Source: Candidatus Sumerlaeaceae bacterium (lineage in GTDB: Bacteria; Sumerlaeota; Sumerlaeia; Sumerlaeales; Sumerlaeaceae). Taken from it: DNA of 64,000 nt. Positions 47,992 to 57,035 of the stretch are shown here, one piece after another; the first letter of the stretch is position 1; each line of letters begins with the position of its first letter. A program made the translations under genes and the position numbers. The stretch lies in the NCBI GenBank assembly GCA_051003195.1, contig JBPCLP010000021.1:224001-288000 (forward strand), written 5' to 3'. The notes below the pieces were generated by a model that had not been told where the DNA came from, ran no database searches, and saw only the letters and a program-made list of their open reading frames with translations.

Positions 47992-49299
47992 ATGGATACT
48001 GGTACTATTAGATCGTTTCATTTTTTACTGACCGTTATTGCTGCATTAAGCCTGCTCGTAAACGTCTCAAATGCGCAGGTACCAACTCCTTCCAGTACAC
48101 TCGCGCCCATAACTATTTCTGTTCCCGCCGGCAGCCCGGGCCAGCCCGACGCGCAAAAGCTCCTGCAATCAGCGGCAGCACGCCTGGCGGGCCTGAGCTC
48201 CTGCTACCTCGAATTGACGACTACCATGAGCGCGACGGTAAACGGCTCCGAGCGCGTGCAGAACGCCTCGACACGCCTATGGCTACAACGCCCCTCGAAA
48301 CTGGTCTGGATGGCACAGACCGGTCCCGCATCCGTCTCGATCATTTCAGACGGCTCCCAGCTCCTCACTTACATTCCGCTTCTATCGCAGTATACCCTGG
48401 AGCCGCTGACAGGCGGAGTCGCGCCTCGCCTTGCCGAAGGAATGCACTCGTTTGGCTCGCTCATGAGCGCGCTCTTCGCCGCCGATCCGACAACAAGTCT
48501 CACGACGTTGCTCAGCGGCGTCGCAGTCGTTGGCGCTGAGATCGTCGATGGACAGCCGGCTCAGCATCTGCGCGCGACCACACCCGAGGGAACGACGGAC
48601 GTATGGCTGGAGAGCACCGGCCAACTGCCGGTGCGAGTGGTAGTCTCGGGCAAGCGCAATGGAATGGACGTGACGCAGGAGATTGGACTGAAGTGGATTG
48701 CCAATCAGCACATTCCAGATGCGGTGTTCGCAATCAGTCCGCCAGCAACAGCGACGAAAGTAGCGGCTTTTGACCAGCGTACACTTGCTTCCGCTGTCCA
48801 GCGTGCCTATGCTGCAAGTGCGCCGCCGGGCGCTGCAGGTGCGAGTATGCCGATGCGCGATCCTCCGAAACTGCTGGGCAAAGCCGCTCCCGATTTTACC
48901 GTAATGGGTCTGGATAACCGGCCCTTCCAGCTCTCGTCCGTTCTTGGGAAACGCGTGGTCATTCTCGATTTCTTCGCGACGTGGTGCGGGCCCTGCCGCC
49001 GCTCGATGCCCGGCGTGGAGCAGCTTGCCAAGAGGTATGCGGCGCAGGGAGTCGAACTATACGCGGTCAACCAGGGTGAAACAGCGGCGCAGGTACGGCA
49101 ATTCCTGCAGCAGAACAAACTGTCATCGAATGTGCTGCTGGATATGAACTCCGCGGTCGGTCGGGCTTACCAGGTAGGTGGAATCCCACATCTCGTAATT
49201 ATCGGCAAGGACGGGATCGTAAAAGCCGAGCACATCGGTCTTCCCGCAGACCCGGGGCCGCTACTTGAGCCGGAGCTGAAACGCGCAATCGGCAGCTAA
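47992..49299 (+). CDS. Secreted DUF2092/LolA-like plus TlpA-type thioredoxin fusion
   Basis: Signal peptide; 'LQRPSKL...IISDGSQLLTY' (LolA-like); 'APDF', 'DFFATWCGPC', 'GIPH'. Confidence 0.85.
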   Translation: MDTGTIRSFHFLLTVIAALSLLVNVSNAQVPTPSSTLAPITISVPAGSPGQPDAQKLLQSAAARLAGLSSCYLELTTTMSATVNGSERVQNASTRLWLQRPSKLVWMAQTGPASVSIISDGSQLLTYIPLLSQYTLEPLTGGVAPRLAEGMHSFGSLMSALFAADPTTSLTTLLSGVAVVGAEIVDGQPAQHLRATTPEGTTDVWLESTGQLPVRVVVSGKRNGMDVTQEIGLKWIANQHIPDAVFAISPPATATKVAAFDQRTLASAVQRAYAASAPPGAAGASMPMRDPPKLLGKAAPDFTVMGLDNRPFQLSSVLGKRVVILDFFATWCGPCRRSMPGVEQLAKRYAAQGVELYAVNQGETAAQVRQFLQQNKLSSNVLLDMNSAVGRAYQVGGIPHLVIIGKDGIVKAEHIGLPADPGPLLEPELKRAIGS

Positions 49300-49343
49300 A
49301 GTAAAATGGAAACCCTCTGACCGGAGTCTCGCGCTGGTCGGCG

Positions 49344-49979
49344 CTACTGACCGAAGTTCGTTACGTCGTCATCTTCCAGCCCGATATTCGGAGCGCCAAA
49401 GGTAGTGCCATTGTGCCCATTGCTGACGATCTGGAATGTGCTCGGGTTGTACCATATTTCTGTGGCGGCGTAGGGATGCGTGCTCGGTAAACGGGTGGCA
49501 TTGTTGACACTATAATTATCCGAGGACGATCCACAGCAACGAACGTAGCGATAAGGCGATTTCCATGGATCGAGAAATTGTACTTCACCAGGCGCCGGCT
49601 GAGGGTCGGCTTCCCGCAACGGGATACCATTCAGGTTGCCGAGGTCTTCCTCTTTTACGCTGATATAGGGTCCCTGCCAGCGGTTACTCGCAGGCGCGCT
49701 GGTGTTGCCGCTCATGCTGTGAAGCAGTGCAAGCTCCAGCATGCCGCTGCCTTCAAAAGAGGTCGGACCGGATAGATTACCGGTGCCGCTGGGCGGATAG
49801 GAGCCCACATCAATCTGGTAGCGGTTGATGGCCAGCTCGAGCGCAGCAATGGTGGTGCGCGCCTTGGCATAGCGGGCTTTCTCCACCTGCTTGGAGAACA
49901 GACCAACGGCCAGGGTGGCGAGCAATCCCAGGATAAGGATTACCACCAGCAGCTCGATCATGGAGAAGCCTTTTTTCAT
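49344..49979 (-). CDS. GspG-like pseudopilin (array gene 5)
   Basis: MKKG|FSMIELLVV; 'INRYQIDVGSYP', 'WQGPY', 'DPWKSPYRY', 'DDDVTNF'. Confidence 0.88.
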   Translation of the reverse strand: MKKGFSMIELLVVILILGLLATLAVGLFSKQVEKARYAKARTTIAALELAINRYQIDVGSYPPSGTGNLSGPTSFEGSGMLELALLHSMSGNTSAPASNRWQGPYISVKEEDLGNLNGIPLREADPQPAPGEVQFLDPWKSPYRYVRCCGSSSDNYSVNNATRLPSTHPYAATEIWYNPSTFQIVSNGHNGTTFGAPNIGLEDDDVTNFGQ

Positions 49980-50000
49980 TAACAGCACGCCTGACTACTT

Positions 50001-50795
50001 CTAGAAGTTCCGACCAAAGGTTGACTCGACACCGTCGCTGCCGAAGATGTAAAAAATGTCGTTCGGGTTATTGGTATTAATTGGAGACTGGGTATCTCCC
50101 TTGCCGTCCCGGCCATAGCTGACAACCGCGTAACGATCAAAGCGGCGGTCATCGTTTGTCATGTTGCCGTCACTGAAATCGTCCGTGGAAGTTGGGCTAA
50201 AGACCAGGGATGAAGTTCCAATGATACCTGCCGATGAGTAAAACCGGTACGGGTTTCCCCATGGGTCGAGCGGGAAATCTTTAAACAGGAAACCGCCTTG
50301 CAAATACTCCGCACTTCCGGGCGGATCGTCGGCAGAGTTCGGGCCGTAGAAGTACCGCTGAAAGTTCATGAACGGGCCATTCCAGTTTCTGACCATCGCA
50401 TAGACCTGCGGATCGAAATCCGTTTGCCACTGCCTGAGCACCTTCTGAGTCGCATTGACCTGGTCTCTACTGCGTGTAAACGGGTCGATAAGTTCGATAC
50501 TGTCATCATCACGGATAATAGTTTCCTCACCGGCAAGGGGTGCGACTCCCGTCGGTGGAGGCGGCAAATCATCCAGTACCTGGAACGGCACATAGAACCC
50601 GTGAACGATTGCGCACTGTTCTTCGGCGTGGGCAATCTCACGGCACTCGGCCATCGCCACGCGAATGCGTGCGTCTTCCTGGCGACGAGTGTACACCGGT
50701 ATCGCAATGGTGGCCAGAAGCCCGATAATGAGCATCACGACAAGCAACTCCGTGAGCGTCAGGCCTCGGCTCCTGTTCGTTAGATTCAGTTTCAT
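50001..50795 (-). CDS. GspG-like pseudopilin (array gene 4)
   Basis: SRG|LTLTELLVV; 'WNGPF', 'DPWGNPYRF', 'VSYGRDG'. Confidence 0.88.
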   Translation of the reverse strand: MKLNLTNRSRGLTLTELLVVMLIIGLLATIAIPVYTRRQEDARIRVAMAECREIAHAEEQCAIVHGFYVPFQVLDDLPPPPTGVAPLAGEETIIRDDDSIELIDPFTRSRDQVNATQKVLRQWQTDFDPQVYAMVRNWNGPFMNFQRYFYGPNSADDPPGSAEYLQGGFLFKDFPLDPWGNPYRFYSSAGIIGTSSLVFSPTSTDDFSDGNMTNDDRRFDRYAVVSYGRDGKGDTQSPINTNNPNDIFYIFGSDGVESTFGRNF

Positions 50796-50813
50796 GTGAC
50801 TCTGCCCTTCGTC

Positions 50814-51599
50814 CTAGAATTGCTTGTAAAGATCGTCGCCCGTTCCATACGGCGCGTTGGTGGTACCATCGCCCGGCAGTCCGTTCGGCCCGGTGCTGAG
50901 CACCGTTGGCCGATCAAAAACCAGGCTTACGTTTGCTTCGTTGTCAAATTGACCTTCCGGCGAAGTGCTGTTCGGGTTTTCTTCGAAACGCCCCTGCCGG
51001 TTAAAGAACTGGTACGGCTGTCCCCATGGATCGAGCGGAATGCCGTAGGATGCGATCTCCGGGTTATAAACGGACCATGGCGGTGTTACGCCGGCCGGTG
51101 CAGGCCCGCCCACCTTTTTGGTGACGTTCAGATACGGCCCGTTCCAGCCGAACGTAGTTTCATTCTGCACGGCGCGTACATAGACGTTGCTTCCCAGCAG
51201 CGTGCCGTCCGAATTCGTGTAGTTCCCCGTATCAAAGAAGATCTGCAGGGGGTTGGCGGCATTGGCGTGAATGCCTTCGTCACGGATACCATCGATACGG
51301 TCCTGCGTTGTCCCGGTGTAGGTGTTGTTTGGGATCCCGTCGCCGCCGCGCGTATCGTCGAGCACATAGAGCCGCACGAAATACCCGGTGTCGATTGCGA
51401 CATGCTCCTCGGCCGATGCAATCGATTCAAGGTCTTTGAGCGCAGCGGTATGGCGGGCCTCATTGGCGCGGCTGGAAAGCACCGGCACAATGATGGCCAC
51501 CAGGATGCCGATGATGATCACGGCTATCAACAGCTCAAGCAGCGTGAAGCCGTGCCGGCGGCTGCGGATCAACTTGGATGTAGCGGTCATAGTTTTCAT
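50814..51599 (-). CDS. GspG-like pseudopilin (array gene 3)
   Basis: RHG|FTLLELLIA; 'WNGPYL', 'DPWGQPY', 'LSTGPNG', 'GDDL'. Confidence 0.88.
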   Translation of the reverse strand: MKTMTATSKLIRSRRHGFTLLELLIAVIIIGILVAIIVPVLSSRANEARHTAALKDLESIASAEEHVAIDTGYFVRLYVLDDTRGGDGIPNNTYTGTTQDRIDGIRDEGIHANAANPLQIFFDTGNYTNSDGTLLGSNVYVRAVQNETTFGWNGPYLNVTKKVGGPAPAGVTPPWSVYNPEIASYGIPLDPWGQPYQFFNRQGRFEENPNSTSPEGQFDNEANVSLVFDRPTVLSTGPNGLPGDGTTNAPYGTGDDLYKQF

Positions 51600-52462
51600 T
51601 AGAATCGCACCACGATATCATCGCCCGTGCCGAGCGGGTGTATGCCCGATCCATCGACGTAGTTGCGCAGGTAAGCACGTTGATCATTGGTCGGGTTGGT
51701 GAGAAGGTCGCCGGGGAAGCCGTCAGGCCCGAGCGATACAAGCCAGGACTCCCCATAACCGGTTTCCGTGCGTTGAAAGCTGCCGTTATCGGGCGGATAA
51801 AACAGGTAAGGCGTTCCCCACGGGTCGACAGGGATCCGGTTCGGGTTTGCAGGATCCTGCGAGTCAAAGAGCTGCGCGTCCGTCGGAGGACCGCCGTTGC
51901 CGCCCGACTGCGGTATGTCCTGGATGGGACGGTCCAGGTTATCGCTGGTTGCCCTGCTGCGCATTATTGGAATCATCGAGGTATTGTTCAGCGCCTCGTC
52001 ATAGCCGATGTAATTCTGGAAACTGATGTACGGACCTTTCCATTTCGGGGTCGTCTTTGAGCCGGCAAATTTGCGCCAGCCATCATCGTCCAGTGAGCGG
52101 CGCTGGTAAACGTCATGATTTGTTGGATACGTGAAAATGGGCGTCTCGATGGTAATGCCGATGGCCGGCGGCGTAGTAGGAAGATTGAAGGAGGTGTTAT
52201 CCAGATCCTCGAGCCGGACAAAGGCTCCCGTATCGGCCTGCTCAAGAGTAAGCGCTTTCATCATGCTCACAAGGTCGGCACGCGCAGCGGCGAGCTTCGC
52301 TTCTTCGACGCGGTTGCGGAAGATAGGCAGCACGATAAGCGCGAAGATGGCGATTACTGTCGCCACCATCGCAATTTCGATCGCGGTAAAGCCCCGTTGC
52401 GCGGCACCATGGCTATGGAACCTTCGGTTTCGAGTCGGCATTGGCGTGGGATTTTTCCTCAT
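51599..52462 (-). CDS. GspG-like pseudopilin (array gene 2)
   Basis: QRG|FTAIEIAMV; 'WKGPYI', 'DPWGTPY', 'VSLGPDG', 'GDDI'. Confidence 0.88.
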   Translation of the reverse strand: MRKNPTPMPTRNRRFHSHGAAQRGFTAIEIAMVATVIAIFALIVLPIFRNRVEEAKLAAARADLVSMMKALTLEQADTGAFVRLEDLDNTSFNLPTTPPAIGITIETPIFTYPTNHDVYQRRSLDDDGWRKFAGSKTTPKWKGPYISFQNYIGYDEALNNTSMIPIMRSRATSDNLDRPIQDIPQSGGNGGPPTDAQLFDSQDPANPNRIPVDPWGTPYLFYPPDNGSFQRTETGYGESWLVSLGPDGFPGDLLTNPTNDQRAYLRNYVDGSGIHPLGTGDDIVVRF

Positions 52463-52468
52463 GGCAGT

Positions 52469-53308
52469 CTAAAACTCGTAATAGCGGTCATCCGAATTGC
52501 GCTCGCGGATGAACGGTTTAGGATAATTGGGGTCGAATGGCGCGCTGACGCCGGTGAAGGCTTTAAGTTTCGTCTCGTCTGCCGTGTTAAACTCGTCTTT
52601 GCCTTGCAACAGCGTGTAATGCCGCGGGCCGATTGGGTTGTCTCTGTAAAGTCTCCAATTAAACCGATCACCTATGTCACTGGACAGAGCATTATCACGA
52701 AGTCCCGGCACGCGATTGCGGCCATAGCTGACGATTGCCGCGGTGAAATTTGCCTTGTCGCCAGATCCCTCAATAAACTTCTGTTTGGGCTCCTGGCCGT
52801 CAACAGCGGGGATGGTCTTGATAAAGTAGCCCACGTAGGGGTTGCCCCATGGGTCCGCCGGCCAGTCCAGCGCCTTGGCTACGCCGTTGGACGTATAATG
52901 CATTACTACTGTCTTATCAGGGCCCGAGCTCGCCATGTAGTTCTGGCGCCACTTCTTGCGCATCCGGATGTCCTGGTTGCCAACGATGTAGCTGTGGTAC
53001 TCGGCGGAATCGAAGCCGGTGCCCTTCAGGAATTCAAAAACGTTGTCGAGGTTGAACCTGAGAAGCCCGATCTTCGGGTAAAAGCCCAGGTCGTCGTAGG
53101 CGAACGACATCCCGGTGGCGATGCTGCGCGCTTCGGCAACCGCTGCCTTGCTCTTTTCGCGTTCGAGTTGCGCCGTGATATTGAAGACTGCCAGGCCGGC
53201 GAAGATCGCAATGAGTGCCGCCACGACGAGCATTTCCACGAGAGTGAATCCACGCTGATGCGTGGCTTTCGTGTGTATGTGCATGTGGCTAATCTTCATC
53301 GGCTCCAA
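52469..53308 (-). CDS. GspG-like pseudopilin (array gene 1; start may be 53299 or 53284)
   Basis: QRG|FTLVEMLVV; 'DLGFYP', 'DPWGNPY', 'VSYGRN', 'SDDRYYEF'. Confidence 0.85.
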   Translation of the reverse strand: MEPMKISHMHIHTKATHQRGFTLVEMLVVAALIAIFAGLAVFNITAQLEREKSKAAVAEARSIATGMSFAYDDLGFYPKIGLLRFNLDNVFEFLKGTGFDSAEYHSYIVGNQDIRMRKKWRQNYMASSGPDKTVVMHYTSNGVAKALDWPADPWGNPYVGYFIKTIPAVDGQEPKQKFIEGSGDKANFTAAIVSYGRNRVPGLRDNALSSDIGDRFNWRLYRDNPIGPRHYTLLQGKDEFNTADETKLKAFTGVSAPFDPNYPKPFIRERNSDDRYYEF

Positions 53309-53316
53309 CCTGCCTA

Positions 53317-53345
53317 AATATATGACCCAACCCCGAGAACGTCAA
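53317..53345 (-). promoter_or_regulatory. Sigma70-type promoter of the five-pilin array
   Basis: Minus strand TTGACG-N17-TATATT directly upstream of the first gene. Confidence 0.7.
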
Positions 53346-53731
53346 CCCCTGCGAAGCGGCGAAAACCGAGATGAAACATTCGGTCTGCGCAACTTGTAGA
53401 GACAATCCCCACCTGCTGGCGCAACCGCTGTGCCGTGCAGGGCGGGCTTACGAACATGGGTTGCGGGCAAGTGGCGTCGGCAAGTCGAAAAGCACACAAA
53501 CCGGCTCAAACCGCGGCTTTACAGGCGCTTTTTCATTTAAGAGGAAATATGAGCAGGCGTTTTAAGGAAGCGCCGCGGCCCAACGGCTAACCGCCTGTGC
53601 GGAAAGTTGCTGCGAGGGATTGCGCGCAATGTGCGGAAAACCGCGCAACAGATCAAGTGATCCACAAGCGATGACTGTCGGCGCGTAAAAGACTAAGTGA
53701 TTTATGCGATTGTGTCTCGCCTGAAAATCGG

Positions 53732-56041
53732 TCAGGGTACCGTCGTAAACTGCACCAGGCTGTAGGGCTGCTGGTCCGTGCTGATGACCCAGCGAGCCTT
53801 GGCGATGGCAGGGCGGCGCGTGAGACGATCGGGCGTGCTGCCTGCGTTGTCGCGCTGGGTGTTGCTCTCTTCGGGTGAGAGGCGGTTCTGCGCCGCGATT
53901 TCGAAGGAGCTGGAGCCTACCGTCACCTGGTCAAGCAATTCGGCAAGTGCCGGCAAATCGTTCGTAGAAAGCTGGGGGAAGAATTCCACGACGAAGTCGC
54001 TGACGTTGACGAAGGGCGACTTCTTTTCCTGGACGCGACGCAGGCGATAGGCCTCGAATTTCTCAAGCGCGTCCGGTGTCGGCCAAGTGGCTCCGCCAAG
54101 CTTCAGGTCGAGTCCCGTAAGGGCAACTTTCGCGCAGGTGTTGAGGTTCAGCTTTCCATATGCGAACGCGAGCGACGAGCTGAGCGACGCATCAGGCGCG
54201 GGGCTGGCCGGGGAAGTAGACCCGGAGGTCGTGCGCCGCTGCTGAGTTAGATGCCGGGTGTTTGCCGCGGTGCGGTTCGCGTTCTGCGATGTGCGACCGC
54301 CATTGCGGTTCTTCTGCTCCTGCGCGGCTGCCGCGTTCGCCTGTTCAACGGGCTGTGGAAGCAGGTTTGTAAACAGGTCCACGAGACGCAGATCGAAGTT
54401 TGTCCGCTCGTTGATACTGGTTAAGGCGTTCAAACCCGCGAACTGCCATGGGTGGCCACCTGTAAGTGATGGAACGAGGTTCGCCGGGCCTGTTGTGTCA
54501 CCCACATAGGCGGTCGAAACCTGGAACAGATCGGCCGCGGAATGGAGCGGCTGGTTCCCGTTTTTCCATGAAGCACGAACCTGCTCCATTTGTGACCCGC
54601 CCGAACTGCTGCCTGGCTCAAACGGCGTCGCTTCGGCGGATTTTGAAACACGCAGTCGCGGATCTTCGCGTTGAAGGCTCACGCGCGTATCAAGCTGGCC
54701 CGGGCTGCCATACGCGAACGCATCGATTAGCTGGCCAGAATCATCGTACAACGCAATATAGCTGTCGCGGTCGGGCAGATTTAGATTCGCAAGCACCTGG
54801 AGCTTACGCAGCCCTTCGTCTTTTCGCGCACCAAAGATCGAGAGAAAACTGCCGGTACCCGGCCGAGCGCGTTCGTCGGGCTGGTCGTAGTTGTCGGTAA
54901 GGATCAGCGTTCCGCCCGGAGGCAATGACTGGTTGAGAGTCGCAGCCGGCGCACCGTTAATGCTCAACCGCCAGCCCGTCATCAGGATCGTCTTGTTCCA
55001 TGGATTGGAGATTTCCACGAACTGGCCGTGGTCGCCTTCAGTGACGGGCGAGGTCGCATCCGGATACACCTCGGTAATCAGCGGCGTCTGTTCGGAGCCG
55101 AAAACGGTACGCCATGGCTGTGTCGCTTGCGCCGACTGGTTCATCAGCGTGGGCGAGTGGTCGCTGTCCGCGAAATCCGCAACGTTTGCGGCGAACTGCA
55201 TCTGGAGCGCCTGGTCTTTTTCCGGGAAAGCTTTTTTCAGGGCGTCATATACCGCCTGCGCAGAAATGTTTTCGAGCGTGATCTTCGGCAGCGACGTGCC
55301 GTCGTCCAGGTTATAAACCTCCGGGGATTCCGAGAACACCGTCAGGTAATTGGAAAGCGTACGCAGTTCTTCCTCGGTGAACAGCGGGGCAATGTTCTTG
55401 CCGGTTTTGCGCGAGAGTGACGCGAGGCTGTTCAGGCGTAACGTGCCATTGTCATTGGTGCGGCGCAGGTCGAGCCGTGCTGCGCTGGTCGATACCTTAT
55501 CACCGCCGCGAAGCCTGAACAGTTCACGCGCCTTGCTCTTTGCATCCCCTGCAGAACTGGGCAGCACGCTGTCGATAAGCTTCGCCAGAGACTCCTCTTT
55601 GCGTATCGAGTTAATGTTCACCCGACTGCTGAGGTCGGAAATCGAAAAGATCGCCTGGGGAGCATCCTTCATCGCGCCGGAGGGCAGCAACTGCGGATTG
55701 ATGCCTTCATTGCGCAGCGTGCGCGAGTGGCCAGCGTTGGCGCCTGAATTGGTTGCCGCGGCTCGGCCTGCCTGTGCGGTTTTATTCCATTGCGATGGCG
55801 CCAGGTACCAGGGCTGAAGCGTGTTCGTGAGCCCATTGGCAGCGGCGGCTACCAGCGGAATGGCGGTGGGAAGTCCCGTGGCGGCCGACATTCGGGCCTG
55901 CGTAAGTTCAGCATAGTTGGCGCTTGCCTGCCCTTCAAGGCGCGTGCTGAAGCTGAGTGCAGCCCCAATCAGGAAGAGGATGGACAACATGGCAAGCACG
56001 AGGAGCAGAGTCGATCCCCGGTTGCTACGTGTCCAAAACAT
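53732..56041 (-). CDS. GspK/PilX-like pseudopilin with inserted lamin-tail-like domain
   Basis: NRG|STLLLVLAML (no E5); GspK/HhH motifs 'ISDLSSRVNINS', 'YLTVFS', 'AANVADFADSD', 'GKLNLNT', 'PFVNVSDF'; LTD-like 'ITEVYPD...QFVEISN'. Confidence 0.8.
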   Translation of the reverse strand: MFWTRSNRGSTLLLVLAMLSILFLIGAALSFSTRLEGQASANYAELTQARMSAATGLPTAIPLVAAAANGLTNTLQPWYLAPSQWNKTAQAGRAAATNSGANAGHSRTLRNEGINPQLLPSGAMKDAPQAIFSISDLSSRVNINSIRKEESLAKLIDSVLPSSAGDAKSKARELFRLRGGDKVSTSAARLDLRRTNDNGTLRLNSLASLSRKTGKNIAPLFTEEELRTLSNYLTVFSESPEVYNLDDGTSLPKITLENISAQAVYDALKKAFPEKDQALQMQFAANVADFADSDHSPTLMNQSAQATQPWRTVFGSEQTPLITEVYPDATSPVTEGDHGQFVEISNPWNKTILMTGWRLSINGAPAATLNQSLPPGGTLILTDNYDQPDERARPGTGSFLSIFGARKDEGLRKLQVLANLNLPDRDSYIALYDDSGQLIDAFAYGSPGQLDTRVSLQREDPRLRVSKSAEATPFEPGSSSGGSQMEQVRASWKNGNQPLHSAADLFQVSTAYVGDTTGPANLVPSLTGGHPWQFAGLNALTSINERTNFDLRLVDLFTNLLPQPVEQANAAAAQEQKNRNGGRTSQNANRTAANTRHLTQQRRTTSGSTSPASPAPDASLSSSLAFAYGKLNLNTCAKVALTGLDLKLGGATWPTPDALEKFEAYRLRRVQEKKSPFVNVSDFVVEFFPQLSTNDLPALAELLDQVTVGSSSFEIAAQNRLSPEESNTQRDNAGSTPDRLTRRPAIAKARWVISTDQQPYSLVQFTTVP

Positions 56042-56249
56042 GTCCCCACCTTCACGTCGCCCTTGGCGACATTATAATTTGACGACCTGTAAGCCGAACG
56101 GTGTAGCTGTGCGCAACAGTCATTACCGTATCTTACGGAATGACAGTGTATGACACTTACCGCATTTTGTAAACTGAGGGGTGTGCGCAAGCCTAAAGCA
56201 GGCGGGCACGTGCAGACTCGTGAAACGGCAAGGAACCGGACCAGCTGCA

Positions 56250-56999
56250 ATGAACCTCGAAGAATACCATAAGATGCATGCGCTGGAGCGCAACTACTGG
56301 TGGTTCCAGGGTAGGTTGAAGGTCATCCTGACGGTTCTAAAGCAATATGCGCGGACCCGCTCGGGTGAAAAGCCGGTGATCCTGGACATCGGATGCGGCA
56401 CCGGTTTGCTGCTGGAACACCTTGCGCAGATGGGAAAGGCGACCGGCCTGGATTTTTCACCTGTCGCGCTGGAGTATTGCCGCTCGCACGACTTAAAAAG
56501 CCTGGGTCGCGCGGATGTTCGGCACCTGCCGGTCAAGGATGCTTCCGTCGACGTGATCACGGCGATCGACCTGGTGGAGCACATTAAGGATGATGTTGGC
56601 CTGATGGCGGAGTTTCAGCGGGTGCTGAAGCCGGGAGGAGTGGCCGTGCTCTCCGTGCCGGCACACAAGCAGATGTGGAGTAACCATGACGTGGCACTGC
56701 ACCATTTCCGCCGCTACGAGAAGCAGGAGTTCCTGGAACTGGTACAACGCGCCGGGCTTCGACCGAAGAAATTCACGTACTCCATGGCCACTGCGTACGT
56801 GCCCGCACGCATTTTTCGCAGTGTGAAAAAGTTCCTGTCCAGCGAGGGCAGCGAACCGCGCACGGATGAATTCCAAATCCCGCGCCTGCTCAACTTTGTG
56901 CTGAAGAATTTTGTGGAGCTTGAGGCGCGCTGGCTTCCGCACGGCAACCTGCCCCTTGGATTGTCTCTACTATGCGTGGCCGAAAAACCAGCAGCTTAA
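56250..56999 (+). CDS. Class I SAM-dependent methyltransferase (cell-envelope glycan locus type)
   Basis: 'ERNYWWF', motif I 'LDIGCGTG', 'DLVEHI', 'RVLKPGG', 'HDVALHHFRRY'. Confidence 0.92.
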   Translation: MNLEEYHKMHALERNYWWFQGRLKVILTVLKQYARTRSGEKPVILDIGCGTGLLLEHLAQMGKATGLDFSPVALEYCRSHDLKSLGRADVRHLPVKDASVDVITAIDLVEHIKDDVGLMAEFQRVLKPGGVAVLSVPAHKQMWSNHDVALHHFRRYEKQEFLELVQRAGLRPKKFTYSMATAYVPARIFRSVKKFLSSEGSEPRTDEFQIPRLLNFVLKNFVELEARWLPHGNLPLGLSLLCVAEKPAA

Positions 57000-57035
57000 C
57001 AAGGCCACCGCGCCATTAGCTCCCGTATCGTATTT

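Noticed and set aside
49344..53308. DGR or silent-cassette antigenic variation of the pilins
   Set aside because: No reverse transcriptase, no near-identical TR/VR pair seen, and all five genes are full length with signal peptides.
50796..53317. Plus-strand ORFs of 268 and 400 aa over the pilin array
   Set aside because: They fully overlap motif-bearing minus-strand genes and have no recognisable domains.
53346..53731. Riboswitch or ncRNA upstream of the pilin array
   Set aside because: No recognisable consensus such as c-di-GMP, and the best promoter lies downstream of this region. An Rfam scan would be needed to exclude it.
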